From a virus (lineage: Duplodnaviria; Caudoviricetes): a DNA stretch of 49,612 bases. Shown piece after piece: positions 37,642 to 47,436 of the stretch. Position numbers and translations under genes: made by a program. The notes beneath the pieces are model-generated. The model was given only the letters and a program-made list of their open reading frames with translations, did no database searches and was not told the origin of the DNA. The stretch covers positions 1 to 49,612 of the IMG/VR virus record IMGVR_UViG_3300036771_000020; one strand, 5' to 3'. How positions within the stretch are numbered: position 1 is the stretch's first letter; every line of letters starts with the position of its first letter.

Positions 37642-37763
37642 CAGTGCCTGACCGAATTTTTAATTAACACCTAGACATAAAGTACATCATTACCAACCAA
37701 GCAACATTTGTCAGCGCCGCTGCAAGAGCTGCTGTGGCTAAAAGGTCTGAGAACGTGAACATA

Positions 37764-38189
37764 ATGGAATTGTTTACTCCCGAAAAGTACAGCGATACTG
37801 TTGCAACTATTGCATTAATAGTATCAGTCATTGCAGTTCCTGCAAGTGGTTACTTTAGCTACAAGTACGCCATTAAAGGAGAAAGACGGAAAGAATTTAA
37901 TGCGGTCGCTGATAGTTTGCGGGTTAAACTAAGAGAGCAGAAAAGCCTTCTTGGGCAAGATATTTACCCTGCGTCAGGTAATGATCGAATTGATAGCAGA
38001 GAATTTGATGCTCTTATTGATGTTGCTAAAAAGAATGAATCTATAGCAATTTCGCACTTAGTTGATAACTACCAACGAATCCTCTCTGAATGCTCATTAT
38101 GCTCTGAAAGCGGTGATTATAAAATTACTGACGGAGACCGTTTTAAGCAAAGTATTGAGGCGCTACTTCCTTACGTAGAACGAAAATAA
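37764..38189 (+). CDS. Membrane-anchored hypothetical protein (rex position)
   Basis: N-terminal TM VATIALIVSVIAVPASGYF; downstream of cI; start uncertain. Confidence 0.65.
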   Translation: MELFTPEKYSDTVATIALIVSVIAVPASGYFSYKYAIKGERRKEFNAVADSLRVKLREQKSLLGQDIYPASGNDRIDSREFDALIDVAKKNESIAISHLVDNYQRILSECSLCSESGDYKITDGDRFKQSIEALLPYVERK

Positions 38190-38232
38190 TCACAAACACT
38201 TCTTTAAATTATGTCTACAGGACAAAGGCTTA

Positions 38233-38715
38233 ATGAATAAAATATTGATGGTTGTTCTTTGTGCAACCCTGCTGTCTGGCTGTGTAAAAATGCCAAAACC
38301 TGTTGCTTTGCCTGTGTTTCCTCAATCTGAATATGATGCGCTAAAACTTACAGGAAAAGAGACTCTTTCAGGGCAGGCATTCTTAAAAACGATGGGTGGT
38401 GACGTTAAAGTAGCCGCTGGCAGCCAAGTTGTTTTGATGCCAAAAACTAGCTATACAGACTTCCAGTTTGCCACCTGCATGATGGTACGCTGCGAGCAGG
38501 AAGATATGCGAGCCGCTAAATTTGAAAAGGTAACGACGGCAGACGCAGAGGGTAAGTTTGAGTTTGATGATATTGCCGCAGGTGAGTATTACATCCAAAC
38601 AATCGTTACATGGATGAGGCCTTCATCGTCGGGCTTGAGGCAGGAAGGTGGCGCTCTAATGTCTAAAGCCACCGTAAAACCTGGCGCGAAAAACTCAGTC
38701 ATGGTGACCAAGTAA
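38233..38715 (+). CDS. Lipoprotein with a beta-sandwich (carboxypeptidase-regulatory-like) domain
   Basis: LLSG-C lipobox; TADAEGKFEFDDIAAGEYYI motif. Confidence 0.78.
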   Translation: MNKILMVVLCATLLSGCVKMPKPVALPVFPQSEYDALKLTGKETLSGQAFLKTMGGDVKVAAGSQVVLMPKTSYTDFQFATCMMVRCEQEDMRAAKFEKVTTADAEGKFEFDDIAAGEYYIQTIVTWMRPSSSGLRQEGGALMSKATVKPGAKNSVMVTK

Positions 38716-38728
38716 CAGAAATCACATT

Positions 38729-38752
38729 ACCTGGCCACCGAGCCGGTTTTTT
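38729..38752 (+). terminator. Intrinsic terminator
   Basis: ACCTGGC-CACCGA-GCCGGT followed by a T-run. Confidence 0.6.
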
Positions 38753-38887
38753 GTGCCTGCCGATCGGCACAGAGCAACACCATCAACCCAGCATAACCAA
38801 TTGATTAATATGGGATGCCGCTTCGTGCGGCATCATTAATCGGCCAAGCGGTCACCCCCCCCGATCCCCCTGGTAAGCGCTAGCACC

Positions 38888-39097
38888 CTACTCTTCCAGA
38901 AGCTTTACTGCCAACTTCATACACTGCAACTGATCTTCGCCCCATTTCTCGACACCCTTCGCCAGTTCCGTTCTTATCACATCGGCTATAGCGACTTTCC
39001 TGGTCTCGAGCCCCTCTGCAACCATAGCAAAAACGACATCACCAACGATGCGACACATCTCCTGATAGCGCAGCTGCGCTTCTTCTTCGTAATCCAT
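38888..39097 (-). CDS. Small protein (DUF2767-like)
   Basis: YQEMCRIVGDVVF..IADVIRT; GGAG RBS. Confidence 0.62.
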   Translation of the reverse strand: MDYEEEAQLRYQEMCRIVGDVVFAMVAEGLETRKVAIADVIRTELAKGVEKWGEDQLQCMKLAVKLLEE

Positions 39098-39193
39098 ACC
39101 CACTCCATAGCTTAAATTTCGACCACACCAACCTACCACATAGCCATTGAGATGGCATTTACAAAAATAAATAACTCTTAAATTCAAACATTT

Positions 39194-39257
39194 TACTCAT
39201 AAGTAGATAATTAATTTACCCACGGGTATAGACAGATAATTTACTTGCGAGTATATT
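39194..39257 (+). promoter_or_regulatory. OL operators and pL
   Basis: TACTCATAAGTA (39194), TACCCACGGGTA (39217) and TACTTGCGAGTA (39242); TAGACA-17-TATATT; lambda-like leader ATCAGCAGGACGCACT. Confidence 0.85.
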
Positions 39258-39297
39258 CACTCCATCAGCAGGACGCACTACTCACCAGGACGGTGAA

Positions 39298-39328
39298 TGC
39301 TCATTAACAGATGGCCCTGAAGAAGGGC
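39298..39328 (+). promoter_or_regulatory. nutL (boxA-like and boxB)
   Basis: GCTCATTAACA followed by GCCCTGAAGAAGGGC; a long stem at 39347..39418 resembles an RNase III site. Confidence 0.88.
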
Positions 39329-39435
39329 AAATACACCGAAGCAGTTTGTTTTGGGGAGGTCAGATTTTTGACCTGGCGGGATGAAAGATGTGGTGCCGCC
39401 CTGACCTCCACCAAAACACACTGACAGGAGGATGT

Positions 39436-39762
39436 ATGAACGCACAAGAACGCCGCCGCGAACGCCGTGAAGCTAAGCGAGCAGAATGGAAAGTTGCCAA
39501 TCCCCTGTTAGTGGGAGTGAGCGCTAAGCCACAGCGTCAGGTATTGACGTTAAGCCGCAAGGTTGACCGTGTACAGAAAGCAGCTACGCCGATTTGCAAT
39601 GAAATAGCCACACAGATAGCCAAAGCAGCTGAACTACACGAAGCGTTACGCGGGCAGATGGATAAACGAAATCAACGCATGTGGCATAAGAAACCTGGCG
39701 AGCAAGGAGTTACTTGTCACGGACGGCAGAAAATGAAAGGCCACAGCATTCCACTTATTTGA
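39436..39762 (+). CDS. N: Antiterminator N
   Basis: MNAQERRRERREAKRAEWKVANPLLVGVSAKP, close to the lambda N arginine-rich motif. Confidence 0.95.
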   Translation: MNAQERRRERREAKRAEWKVANPLLVGVSAKPQRQVLTLSRKVDRVQKAATPICNEIATQIAKAAELHEALRGQMDKRNQRMWHKKPGEQGVTCHGRQKMKGHSIPLI

Positions 39763-39770
39763 GGTGATAT

Positions 39771-39989
39771 ATGGAACCAGAATACATCTGCCGCATAACG
39801 TGCGAAAACACTCTTACACATCTTTTCAGACATGACGCTATTTATGATGTTATGGAAATTGACGGTGATTATTTCGTGTTTAATGACCGTTACGAGCATT
39901 CAGAGGTCTTTAAGTCTGACTATAACGAAAATGTCTGGTTAACCGCGGATGGTAAAACAGCGCGCTTTCTTGAGTGCAACGCAAGATAA
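39771..39989 (+). CDS. Hypothetical protein
   Basis: 72 aa, GAGGT RBS. Confidence 0.65.
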   Translation: MEPEYICRITCENTLTHLFRHDAIYDVMEIDGDYFVFNDRYEHSEVFKSDYNENVWLTADGKTARFLECNAR

Positions 39990-40095
39990 CCAACCCGCCC
40001 GGTTAGCCAGGTAATTCTAGAGGGGTATTGCGAGAGCGCTGCGGAGTTAAATCACAGGTCGCTTAGTCGGCCATTTTTATGCAGAGGAGAGAGTG

Positions 40096-40350
40096 ATGAG
40101 TGAGACGAAGCATTGGGATGCTGATGAGAATTATGTTGTCGACTTAAACACATCCGAAGTGCTGTTTCAGGCAGTCTACGCACAAGAAGATGATATGAGG
40201 ATGGCTATTGCAGCACCTGACCTTCTCGAAGCGCTGCAAGGTGCTCTCTATCGTCTTGATTTGCTCATATCTACCGGGCAAGAGGTTTATCTGGATGTTT
40301 TAACCCGCGACAAAGCAAGAGCAGCTATCAGCAAGGCTACAGGAGAATAG
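40096..40350 (+). CDS. Hypothetical phage protein
   Basis: IAAPDLLEAL...ARAAISKATG motif; GAGGAG RBS. Confidence 0.72.
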   Translation: MSETKHWDADENYVVDLNTSEVLFQAVYAQEDDMRMAIAAPDLLEALQGALYRLDLLISTGQEVYLDVLTRDKARAAISKATGE

Positions 40351-40352
40351 AT

Positions 40353-40616
40353 ATGGAGTGGATTAAGTGCAGCGACAGGATGCCTTCCATTCCTGATTGC
40401 AACTGGAGAACGGATGTTCCTTTGCTTGTTAACTGCGAAATGGGTGTTATCCCAGCTTATTTCGGCTTCACATGGTCAGGTGGGGCTAAGCATTACGGAT
40501 TCATGGAAAGCATTCGCTTCGGTGATGAGCGAGGAGATGGGCCAGTAGCGGATGGTAATGGGCTCATGGAAAATGTAAGCGAATGGTCTTTAATGCCCCC
40601 GCCACCTACCGAGTAA
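40353..40616 (+). CDS. DUF551-like protein
   Basis: MEWIKCSDRMP...VSEWSLMPPPP. Confidence 0.75.
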   Translation: MEWIKCSDRMPSIPDCNWRTDVPLLVNCEMGVIPAYFGFTWSGGAKHYGFMESIRFGDERGDGPVADGNGLMENVSEWSLMPPPPTE

Positions 40617-40710
40617 ATTCCGCATCAGCTTTCACTGAGAGCTGATTCCGAAAAACAATCGTTGTCCATATTGCCGCTTAACTGCGGCATTTTTTTAACT
40701 GGAGAAAAGT

Positions 40711-40857
40711 ATGGCGAAAATTGTTGAAGATGCATATGCCCCTCACCTGCGCGATTTTCTTGAAGAAAACTGGAGCAGTTTTGTAGATAAACTGGCAGAA
40801 AACTATGACGAAGAGGCGGAGGACATCGCCGAGGAAATAGTTAGCCGGCTCGCATAG
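40711..40857 (+). CDS. 48-aa highly acidic protein (below the ORF-track cutoff)
   Basis: MAKIVEDAYAPHLRDFLEENWSSFVDKLAENYDEEAEDIAEEIVSRLA; GGAG RBS; terminator-like hairpins on both sides. Confidence 0.68.
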   Translation: MAKIVEDAYAPHLRDFLEENWSSFVDKLAENYDEEAEDIAEEIVSRLA

Positions 40858-40945
40858 TAACAAGCCACCTTCGGGTGTTTTTTTATTGCGTCCATTCCTG
40901 AGCGCTATCCGCTGATGAATGAACACAAACCCAGCAGGAGAGAGC

Positions 40946-41914
40946 ATGAGCGAAGTAACGGATTTGACTGTAATCGAGATTAAGCCGGAACAAGCTCCGG
41001 CTCTGTACGCACCGAATGGCCTTGAGGATTATCTCTCGCAGATTCGCCAGCAGGTTAATGAAGTCCCTGACCTGTCTACGGCGAAAGGTCGCGCTCGGGT
41101 GGCATCACTGGCGGCGCAGGTATCCCGCAGCAAAACAGCCATCGAAAAGCCTGGTCGAGACTACCTGAAGCGCCTGAAAGAGCTGCCGAAGGAAGTGGAA
41201 GCCGAGCTGCGCCGGTTCGTAACTGAATGTGATTTGATTCGTGATGAAACCCGTCGCCCGCTAACTGAGTGGGAAGCCGAGCAGGAACGCATTAAGCAGG
41301 AAGAAGAGGCCAAGCGAGCTGCTGAAGAACTGGCTAAGCAAGTTGAAAGCGATCACGAAATGGCTCTGCTGCTGAATGAAAAGTTTGACCGTGACGCCGC
41401 AGAGGCTAAAGCAGAAGTTGAGCGCCAGCGCCTTGCTCACGAAGAGGAGCTGAAACGTCAGGCAGCAGAACAGGCCAAGCGTGAAGCTGAAGATAAGGCT
41501 GCCGCCGAATTAGCTACCTCACAAAAACGTGAAGCTGACGCTATTGCAGAGAAAGCACAGGCTGAATTGCTTGCTAAACAAGTGGCAGAGAAAGCCGAAA
41601 ATGACCGTCTGGCGGCCATCGCTAAGGCTGAGGCCGACAAGCAGGAAGCTATCGAGGCAGAGAAGCGCAAAGCACAGGCCGAAGCCGATCGCATTAAGCG
41701 AGAAGCGGACGAAAAGGAACGAGTTCGCCTGGCTGAAGAAAAGCGTATCGCTGATGAGAAAGCGCGACGTGAGAAAGACGTTGAACATCGACGCACCATC
41801 AACCGCCAGTCAGTTGCTGAACTGGTAGCTTCTGGCTTACCAGAAGACTGCGCTCAGAAATGTGTTGCAGCCATTGCTAAAGGCGAAGTAACCGCCATCC
41901 GCATCACCTACTAA
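40946..41914 (+). CDS. Coiled-coil early protein (often annotated TolA-like)
   Basis: PDLSTAKGRARVASLA N-terminus and a long EAKR-rich helix. Confidence 0.8.
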   Translation: MSEVTDLTVIEIKPEQAPALYAPNGLEDYLSQIRQQVNEVPDLSTAKGRARVASLAAQVSRSKTAIEKPGRDYLKRLKELPKEVEAELRRFVTECDLIRDETRRPLTEWEAEQERIKQEEEAKRAAEELAKQVESDHEMALLLNEKFDRDAAEAKAEVERQRLAHEEELKRQAAEQAKREAEDKAAAELATSQKREADAIAEKAQAELLAKQVAEKAENDRLAAIAKAEADKQEAIEAEKRKAQAEADRIKREADEKERVRLAEEKRIADEKARREKDVEHRRTINRQSVAELVASGLPEDCAQKCVAAIAKGEVTAIRITY

Positions 41915-41940
41915 TTCAAATCATATCTAAGGAAACGCCC

Positions 41941-42078
41941 ATGATTGTTGCAATCGCGGGAGGCGCTCGCATGGGTGCTTTCCAGCTAAATGAATCACAG
42001 CTAGACCGAATCACTCGCCAGCTACGTGCTGGCTGGAAGTGGTTAATCGACACCTTAAACCAGCCTGGGACACCGTAA
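41941..42078 (+). CDS. cIII: CIII protease inhibitor
   Basis: MIVAIAGGARMGAFQLNESQLDRITRQLRAGWKWLIDTLNQPGTP, close to P22 c3. Confidence 0.88.
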   Translation: MIVAIAGGARMGAFQLNESQLDRITRQLRAGWKWLIDTLNQPGTP

Positions 42079-42194
42079 TGAAAACTAACCGGTATTTCAC
42101 AAAGGCTCAGGAGCTTTCCCGGGCAGCGGTGCTTTATGGAAATTCAGTGCAGTGGGCTATGGCAATGCAACTTCTACGGAGGTCATTCAAATGA
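42078..42194 (+). CDS. 38-aa protein in the kil position
   Basis: TAATG and ATGA coupling to its neighbours; MKTNRYFTKAQELSRAAVLYGNSVQWAMAMQLLRRSFK. Confidence 0.55.
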   Translation: MKTNRYFTKAQELSRAAVLYGNSVQWAMAMQLLRRSFK

Positions 42195-42499
42195 AGTTAA
42201 CATTCGCAGACAAGCAGGAAATTAAGAACATCATTTCCTCGCTAGATGAGCAGGACAAAGAGCGGATTTACGCAGAAGTCGAACGCCTAGCTAAAGCATC
42301 AAACCCTATCACTTCCCTGCTCCGCAATTTCCAGCCTGACGAACACACAGGCGACGCCGTTGACTATCTCGAAGGCGATGATATCGGCTATCAAGAGAAC
42401 GTCGAGAAATGGCGCTGGGATGCATTAACGGCCCGGGTAACTACCGAATACGCCATAGGTCTTTTTAAGGCAAAGCATGAGCACAGGGAGGCCGCGTAA
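42191..42499 (+). CDS. Hypothetical protein upstream of the recombinase
   Basis: 102 aa from MKLTFADK; GGAGG RBS. Confidence 0.7.
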   Translation: MKLTFADKQEIKNIISSLDEQDKERIYAEVERLAKASNPITSLLRNFQPDEHTGDAVDYLEGDDIGYQENVEKWRWDALTARVTTEYAIGLFKAKHEHREAA

Positions 42500-43425
42500 T
42501 GGCTAACAACATCGTCCAGCGGGTTTTCGACATTGTTAACCCGCTCAAAACGGAATTCGAGCAAGTATGCAGCGAGCCGTCGATCAACTTTAAGCGAGAG
42601 TCTGAATTTGCTATGCAGATTTTCGCTAACAACGATTATCTGGCCGGAGTCGCAGCAAACAACACCGTATCGACCCGCAGCGCAATTATGAATGTCGCCG
42701 CCATAGGCATAACGCTTAATCCGGCGCAAAAACTCGCATATCTGGTTCCACGGAAAGGCGCTATCTGCCTCGACATCAGTTACATGGGCCTGATGCATAT
42801 CGCCCAGCAGTCAGGCGCTATTAAGTGGTGCCAGTCTGGCATCGTCAGGAAAAACGATAAATTCATGTTGGTTGGAATCGACAAGGCTCCAGCGCATGAA
42901 TACAGCGTGTTTGACACCATAGAGCAGCGCGGGGATATCGTCGGGGCATACACGGTAATCAAAACAGATGAAGGCGATTACCTGACCCACACCATGCGGG
43001 CAGAAGACATCTTCGCCATACGTGACCGTTCAGAAGCTTGGAAGGCTTATAAAACCAAAGGGAAATCCTGCCCGTGGTTGACCGATGAAGAACAGATGAT
43101 CCTCAAAACCGTAGTCAAACAGGCCGCCAAATACTGGCCGCGCCGTGAACGCCTGGATGCGGCGATTGATTACGTCAATACAGAAAGTGGTGAAGGCATC
43201 AACTTCAACCAGGAACGGGCGCCGGAACGCGATATCTCTCCCGCCACCGAAGAAACGCTGCAAACCATCACCGACCTTCTCATTCAGTTAAACAAAACGT
43301 GGGAAGAGGATTTGCTTCCGCTTTGCTCCAACCTGTTCCGGCGCAAGATAACTGAGCCGTCAGTGTTAACGGAAATTGAAGCCGTGAAAGCACTCGACTT
43401 CTTAAGGAAAAAGGCAGCGGCATGA
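42499..43425 (+). CDS. recT: RecT-family single-strand annealing protein
   Basis: [20 protein letters not shown] and [10 protein letters not shown] motifs. Confidence 0.88.
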   Translation: MANNIVQRVFDIVNPLKTEFEQVCSEPSINFKRESEFAMQIFANNDYLAGVAANNTVSTRSAIMNVAAIGITLNPAQKLAYLVPRKGAICLDISYMGLMHIAQQSGAIKWCQSGIVRKNDKFMLVGIDKAPAHEYSVFDTIEQRGDIVGAYTVIKTDEGDYLTHTMRAEDIFAIRDRSEAWKAYKTKGKSCPWLTDEEQMILKTVVKQAAKYWPRRERLDAAIDYVNTESGEGINFNQERAPERDISPATEETLQTITDLLIQLNKTWEEDLLPLCSNLFRRKITEPSVLTEIEAVKALDFLRKKAAA

Positions 43426-44102
43426 CACCTGAAATCATACTGGAACGCACAGGAATAGACGTTCTGCATGTTGAGCAAGGAAGCGATGACTGGTTGCGGT
43501 TGAGGCTTGGCGTTATCACGGCTTCTGAAGTTTCGAACGTCATCGCAAAGCCACGGAGCGGCACTAAATGGACGGACATGAAGATGTCCTACTTCCACAC
43601 ACTGCTCGCTGAGGTCTGCACGGGCGTATCGCCGGAGGTAAACGCAAAAGCGCTGTCATGGGGCAAACAAAACGAGGACGCAGCACGGACGCTGTTTGAG
43701 TTCACAACGGACGTACAGGTGACGGAAGCGCCAATTCTTTTCAAGGATGAAACCTTGCGAACAGCATGCTCTCCCGATGGCCTTTGCAGCAATGGCTACG
43801 GCCTTGAGCTTAAATGCCCTTTCACCTCACGCGACTTCATGAAATTCAGGCTTGGCGGATTTGATGCCATTAAATCGTCTTACATGGCACAGGTTCAGTA
43901 CAGCATGTGGGTTACCGGGAAGGATGCCTGGTATTTCGCGAACTATGACCCGCGCATGAAGCGTGAAGGAATTCATCATGTCCTTGTTGACCGTGACGAA
44001 AAGTACATGAGCGACTTCAACGAAATGGTGCCGGAATTTATTGAAAAAATGGATTTGGCGCTGGCTGAAATTGGCTTTGAGTACGGTGAGCAGTGGAGGT
44101 AA
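43422..44102 (+). CDS. exo: Lambda-type exonuclease
   Basis: [34 protein letters not shown] and ELKCP motifs. Confidence 0.96.
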   Translation: MTPEIILERTGIDVLHVEQGSDDWLRLRLGVITASEVSNVIAKPRSGTKWTDMKMSYFHTLLAEVCTGVSPEVNAKALSWGKQNEDAARTLFEFTTDVQVTEAPILFKDETLRTACSPDGLCSNGYGLELKCPFTSRDFMKFRLGGFDAIKSSYMAQVQYSMWVTGKDAWYFANYDPRMKREGIHHVLVDRDEKYMSDFNEMVPEFIEKMDLALAEIGFEYGEQWR

Positions 44103-44302
44103 CGGTGGCAATCACTACTTTCAAAAAAATACGAGGCAGGCAAGTAACCCTTGGAAGAAACTGGACAACCAAGGAAATAGACCACGTCAGATTTATGGCC
44201 GGCAGGGTTAAATCGCGTCACCTCGCATTGGCACTCAAACGCTCCTACGAATCCCTTCGACAAATGGCTAAGCGCCAAAATATTAGCCTTCGTCGCCATT
44301 AA
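44093..44302 (+). CDS. Small basic HTH-like protein
   Basis: WTTKEI...[16 protein letters not shown]; start uncertain. Confidence 0.6.
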   Translation: MEVTVAITTFKKIRGRQVTLGRNWTTKEIDHVRFMAGRVKSRHLALALKRSYESLRQMAKRQNISLRRH

Positions 44303-44311
44303 GGAACCCGC

Positions 44312-44608
44312 ATGAAACTCAATATCGAAATCGGTAAATACGTCATTACCGGGACTACTCACGACCTCGTTTTGCGCGAGAAAGTAATCATCGAAAAAGG
44401 TGATAACGCAGGGAAAGAAACTCTCAGCTCAGCACGTTATTACTCGAAGCTTGAGTATCTGGTGAAAGAGTTGTACCACCGGGAAATCCTCGCGTCAGAA
44501 GCGCAGACATTGCAGGCGCTCGTTCTGCATATCGAATACCTCAGCCAGACAGTCAGCAAATCCATAACTGAATATGAGGAGCGTGAAAATGCGCGGCAAT
44601 CAGTATGA
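44312..44608 (+). CDS. Hypothetical phage protein (DUF5405-like)
   Basis: IEIGKYVIT...GDNAGKE...YYSKLE. Confidence 0.7.
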   Translation: MKLNIEIGKYVITGTTHDLVLREKVIIEKGDNAGKETLSSARYYSKLEYLVKELYHREILASEAQTLQALVLHIEYLSQTVSKSITEYEERENARQSV

Positions 44609-44753
44609 CGCCAATTTAACACCGGGCGATTTAGTAGCAGGCCGCCGGGATAAACCGATGCCATCCGAGGCAGAACTTAAAGCACGGAACAGCTTCCCGT
44701 CGCCGGATGAGAACCGGCACATCGACAAATTTATTAAAGCCACGAAGCACTGA
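44589..44753 (+). CDS. Small protein, 54 aa
   Basis: MRGNQYD...KPMPSEAELKARNSFPS; GAGGAG RBS. Confidence 0.62.
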   Translation: MRGNQYDANLTPGDLVAGRRDKPMPSEAELKARNSFPSPDENRHIDKFIKATKH

Positions 44754-44763
44754 GGGATAAGAG

Positions 44764-45303
44764 ATGACACTTTACGAAATTGAAGGTTTCTTGCGCGGTA
44801 AATGCCTGCCAGGTGATTTGCTGGTTGGCGAAAGCAATGCTCAGTACCTTTACCGCAAACTGAAAGAGCGTGATGCGCTGGAGCGTGAACTTTGCATGTC
44901 GGAGGCAAAATGCAAGGGGTACTTTTCCGACGCAGCGGTTGCATCACTCAAGTGCTATGCGCTGGTTGCGGAGAATGTAGGGCTGAAGAAATTTGGAGAA
45001 AGACTTTCAGAAATGCACAGCGACCTAAACGGGACTGGAACTGGAATTCAGGGGTGCAAAGAGGCGCACATACAGCAAGTTGCAATTGAGGCGGCAATTG
45101 AGGCTTTCGACGAATTAGAAACCCCAGCCACAGACGCCGCTATTGCAGAGCTAAAGGCGCAGGGTGTGGATGAGTTAGCGACATTCGCCGGTAAGGAATA
45201 TCAGCGCTTTGTTGGCGATAAATCTACGCAGAGAAAGTGGAAAGGTGTGGTTTTGCTTTGTGTCGATTTCGCCGCACAGCTGCGCAAGGAGCAAGAGCGA
45301 TGA
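44764..45303 (+). CDS. Hypothetical early protein (Ea-region)
   Basis: ETPATDAAIAELKAQGVDE...FAAQLRK motif. Confidence 0.72.
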   Translation: MTLYEIEGFLRGKCLPGDLLVGESNAQYLYRKLKERDALERELCMSEAKCKGYFSDAAVASLKCYALVAENVGLKKFGERLSEMHSDLNGTGTGIQGCKEAHIQQVAIEAAIEAFDELETPATDAAIAELKAQGVDELATFAGKEYQRFVGDKSTQRKWKGVVLLCVDFAAQLRKEQER

Positions 45304-45503
45304 GAGATGAGGATTTAGACCGCTGCCCGCGGTGCAAAGAGGATATGTGGGCTGGTAATGCCATCTGCCGTAACTGCCAGCACGAAGATGACATGGATGA
45401 ATGGCCTGGTGGCGATGGCATTGAATGCGACATATGCGGGCATGTAAGCACAGCACCGGACGGACAGCACCACTGCGATGAGGAAAACAGCGATGAGCAA
45501 TAA
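45300..45503 (+). CDS. Small acidic Cys-rich (Zn-ribbon-like) protein
   Basis: Three CxxC pairs; ATGA coupling. Confidence 0.6.
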   Translation: MRDEDLDRCPRCKEDMWAGNAICRNCQHEDDMDEWPGGDGIECDICGHVSTAPDGQHHCDEENSDEQ

Positions 45504-45768
45504 CACCGAGGCGCTGGTAATACGCTGGCGCTGGAAAGCAGACGAGCACAGCAGCGCAGGTAGATGGAGTTATGTCGAGTCAGAATATTTCGACAGGTTC
45601 AAACCTAGTGACGATATGGACGTTGAGCTTTTGTATGGAGCGCATCAGGTCGCACAACACCAGGCCGACGCGGTGCTGCAATTTGGCCGTGCGATGCATG
45701 CGGATAGCACGGAACGGGAAGCTATTGAGTTTGCGGCGAAAATTTTACTGGGGGCCAGCGATGACTAA
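45493..45768 (+). CDS. Hypothetical protein
   Basis: GAGG RBS; overlaps its neighbours. Confidence 0.6.
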   Translation: MSNNTEALVIRWRWKADEHSSAGRWSYVESEYFDRFKPSDDMDVELLYGAHQVAQHQADAVLQFGRAMHADSTEREAIEFAAKILLGASDD

Positions 45769-46069
45769 ACAACTGCGTTTTTACGGCGGCAGCGATGACC
45801 TTTTTGAAGTAGAGGGCGCTATCCGTGAAGAGATTGGCTGCGCATCGGAGCCGGGGGTTTACCACCTTAAATCATCTGAAGGCGAAATGCTGGTTGTCGC
45901 CCACTATCTTCGTAACGGTTGTTGGTCTATCGGCATTGCGCAGGTTGATGAAGAAATTCCGGTGCCGAAATGGCCGGTTTCATTCAGCCTGGCGCACACC
46001 TATAGCGTGATGCTGACCATCGAAGCCCCTGACGATATTCATTTAGTGACTGGTGAAGATGATGACTAA
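45761..46069 (+). CDS. Hypothetical protein
   Basis: MTKQLRFYGGSDDLFEVEG. Confidence 0.68.
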   Translation: MTKQLRFYGGSDDLFEVEGAIREEIGCASEPGVYHLKSSEGEMLVVAHYLRNGCWSIGIAQVDEEIPVPKWPVSFSLAHTYSVMLTIEAPDDIHLVTGEDDD

Positions 46070-46874
46070 CTCACTCGAAGCGCTGATTGCCAGCATCAAA
46101 GACACAATCGACGATGCCGCTCGGCTGTACGGCGATAAATGGGATAGCGCCTTAGTGGGCGGCGAGCCGAACTATCACGCTATCACATCAGAAAAAACTA
46201 ACGATGTTGTTGTGCGCACAAGCGATGATAGCCGCGAATCGTCCTGGCTCTGTGACTACCTCGAATCCGTATCACCAGCGAACGTTAAAGTGCTGATAGC
46301 GGCGCTGGAGCAGGCGCAGCAGGAGCTACGCGATGTAGAGCGTAGCGGCTGCGGGTACATTTTCACCTGCAAGCCTGTTACCCCCGCTGCCGATGAGCGC
46401 CGCGTCATTAAGCTTTACACCATCCCGCCACTCCCTGCCGTGCCGGATGAAATTACATCAGACAATGCACCTGAAGTTTTCGAGATTGCCGCTGAAGCTG
46501 AGCGCCTGGGATTGCACGGTGCCTATGCATCCTACGCTGTAGGCTGGAACGCCTGCCGCGCCGCAATGCTTCAGGGTTCCGAACCTGTAACGACGGCTTA
46601 CAAGTTGCCGATGCAACCGCTGGTTGTTGATTCGCGCGGCACGCTACGTTTCAAAGAAAATACTCTCGTCAGAAAGCTGCTGGATTTCGGTACCGAGCAC
46701 GGTTACGGACTGAATCAGATGGCGGTTGAAGATTTCACGCCAGAAGACCGTATGCAACTGGCTCAGTTGATTGGGTACAGCCTGAGTGGGTACGGCACGC
46801 TGTCTTACGTAACGGATGAATCATATGACCGCGCAATAGCAGCATCACCGCAGTTACCCGGAAATACACGCTAG
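46059..46874 (+). CDS. Mosaic Ea/Eae-like protein
   Basis: SPANVKVLIAALE, GWNACRAAMLQG and QLAQLIGYSLSGY modules. Confidence 0.7.
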   Translation: MMTNSLEALIASIKDTIDDAARLYGDKWDSALVGGEPNYHAITSEKTNDVVVRTSDDSRESSWLCDYLESVSPANVKVLIAALEQAQQELRDVERSGCGYIFTCKPVTPAADERRVIKLYTIPPLPAVPDEITSDNAPEVFEIAAEAERLGLHGAYASYAVGWNACRAAMLQGSEPVTTAYKLPMQPLVVDSRGTLRFKENTLVRKLLDFGTEHGYGLNQMAVEDFTPEDRMQLAQLIGYSLSGYGTLSYVTDESYDRAIAASPQLPGNTR

Positions 46875-46913
46875 CCCCCTGCCCGCGGTATACTCTCTGC
46901 AACGGAGGGTTAT

Positions 46914-47162
46914 ATGACAGACTTCAACATTGCAGCAAAATCAGAAGATGAGCGCGACCGGGTTAACGTAGACTTAGCCGCAGCTGGCGTTGCTTACAAA
47001 GAGCGGATGAACATGCCCGTTGTTGCGGAAGTCGTAGCGCGTGAACAGCCGGAACATCTGAAGCAATACTTCATCGAGCGGCTTGCTAACTATCGCGAGG
47101 TATCAACGCAGTTGCCGAGTGGTAATGCGGCCGTCTATCAGAAAGTGGAGGAAGGGAAGTGA
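46914..47162 (+). CDS. holE: DNA polymerase III theta-subunit homologue (HolE / P1 Hot-like)
   Basis: [45 protein letters not shown]. Confidence 0.93.
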   Translation: MTDFNIAAKSEDERDRVNVDLAAAGVAYKERMNMPVVAEVVAREQPEHLKQYFIERLANYREVSTQLPSGNAAVYQKVEEGK

Positions 47163-47416
47163 GTAGTCGATATTCGTCACTAGAGGAATCTGAAAGGGCA
47201 AGAGTTCGAAGGTATCAAGTTAGCGTTAACGGGAGCGACTTTTCCAGCACTAGAAAGGCTTTCAACATTCTTGATATCAAATGCAAAACTTATTCTCACA
47301 TCTCATTTAGAGCTAATGCGATAGCAGGCTCTAATGGTAGTTGGGAGCCTTTTAAAGCTGCATACGTTGATGAAGAAGGCAAGTCGTTTATTTTTACCTT
47401 TAAGCGCATCAGATAG
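47159..47416 (+). CDS. Hypothetical protein
   Basis: 85 aa, GTGA-coupled to the theta gene. Confidence 0.55.
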   Translation: MSSRYSSLEESERARVRRYQVSVNGSDFSSTRKAFNILDIKCKTYSHISFRANAIAGSNGSWEPFKAAYVDEEGKSFIFTFKRIR

Positions 47417-47436
47417 AGCACCATCACATTCAAACG

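Noticed and set aside
41270-41800. Repetitive EAKR-coding region as true TolA or a tandem repeat
   Set aside because: No N-terminal TM anchor; compositional coiled-coil only, and the antisense ORFs are shadows
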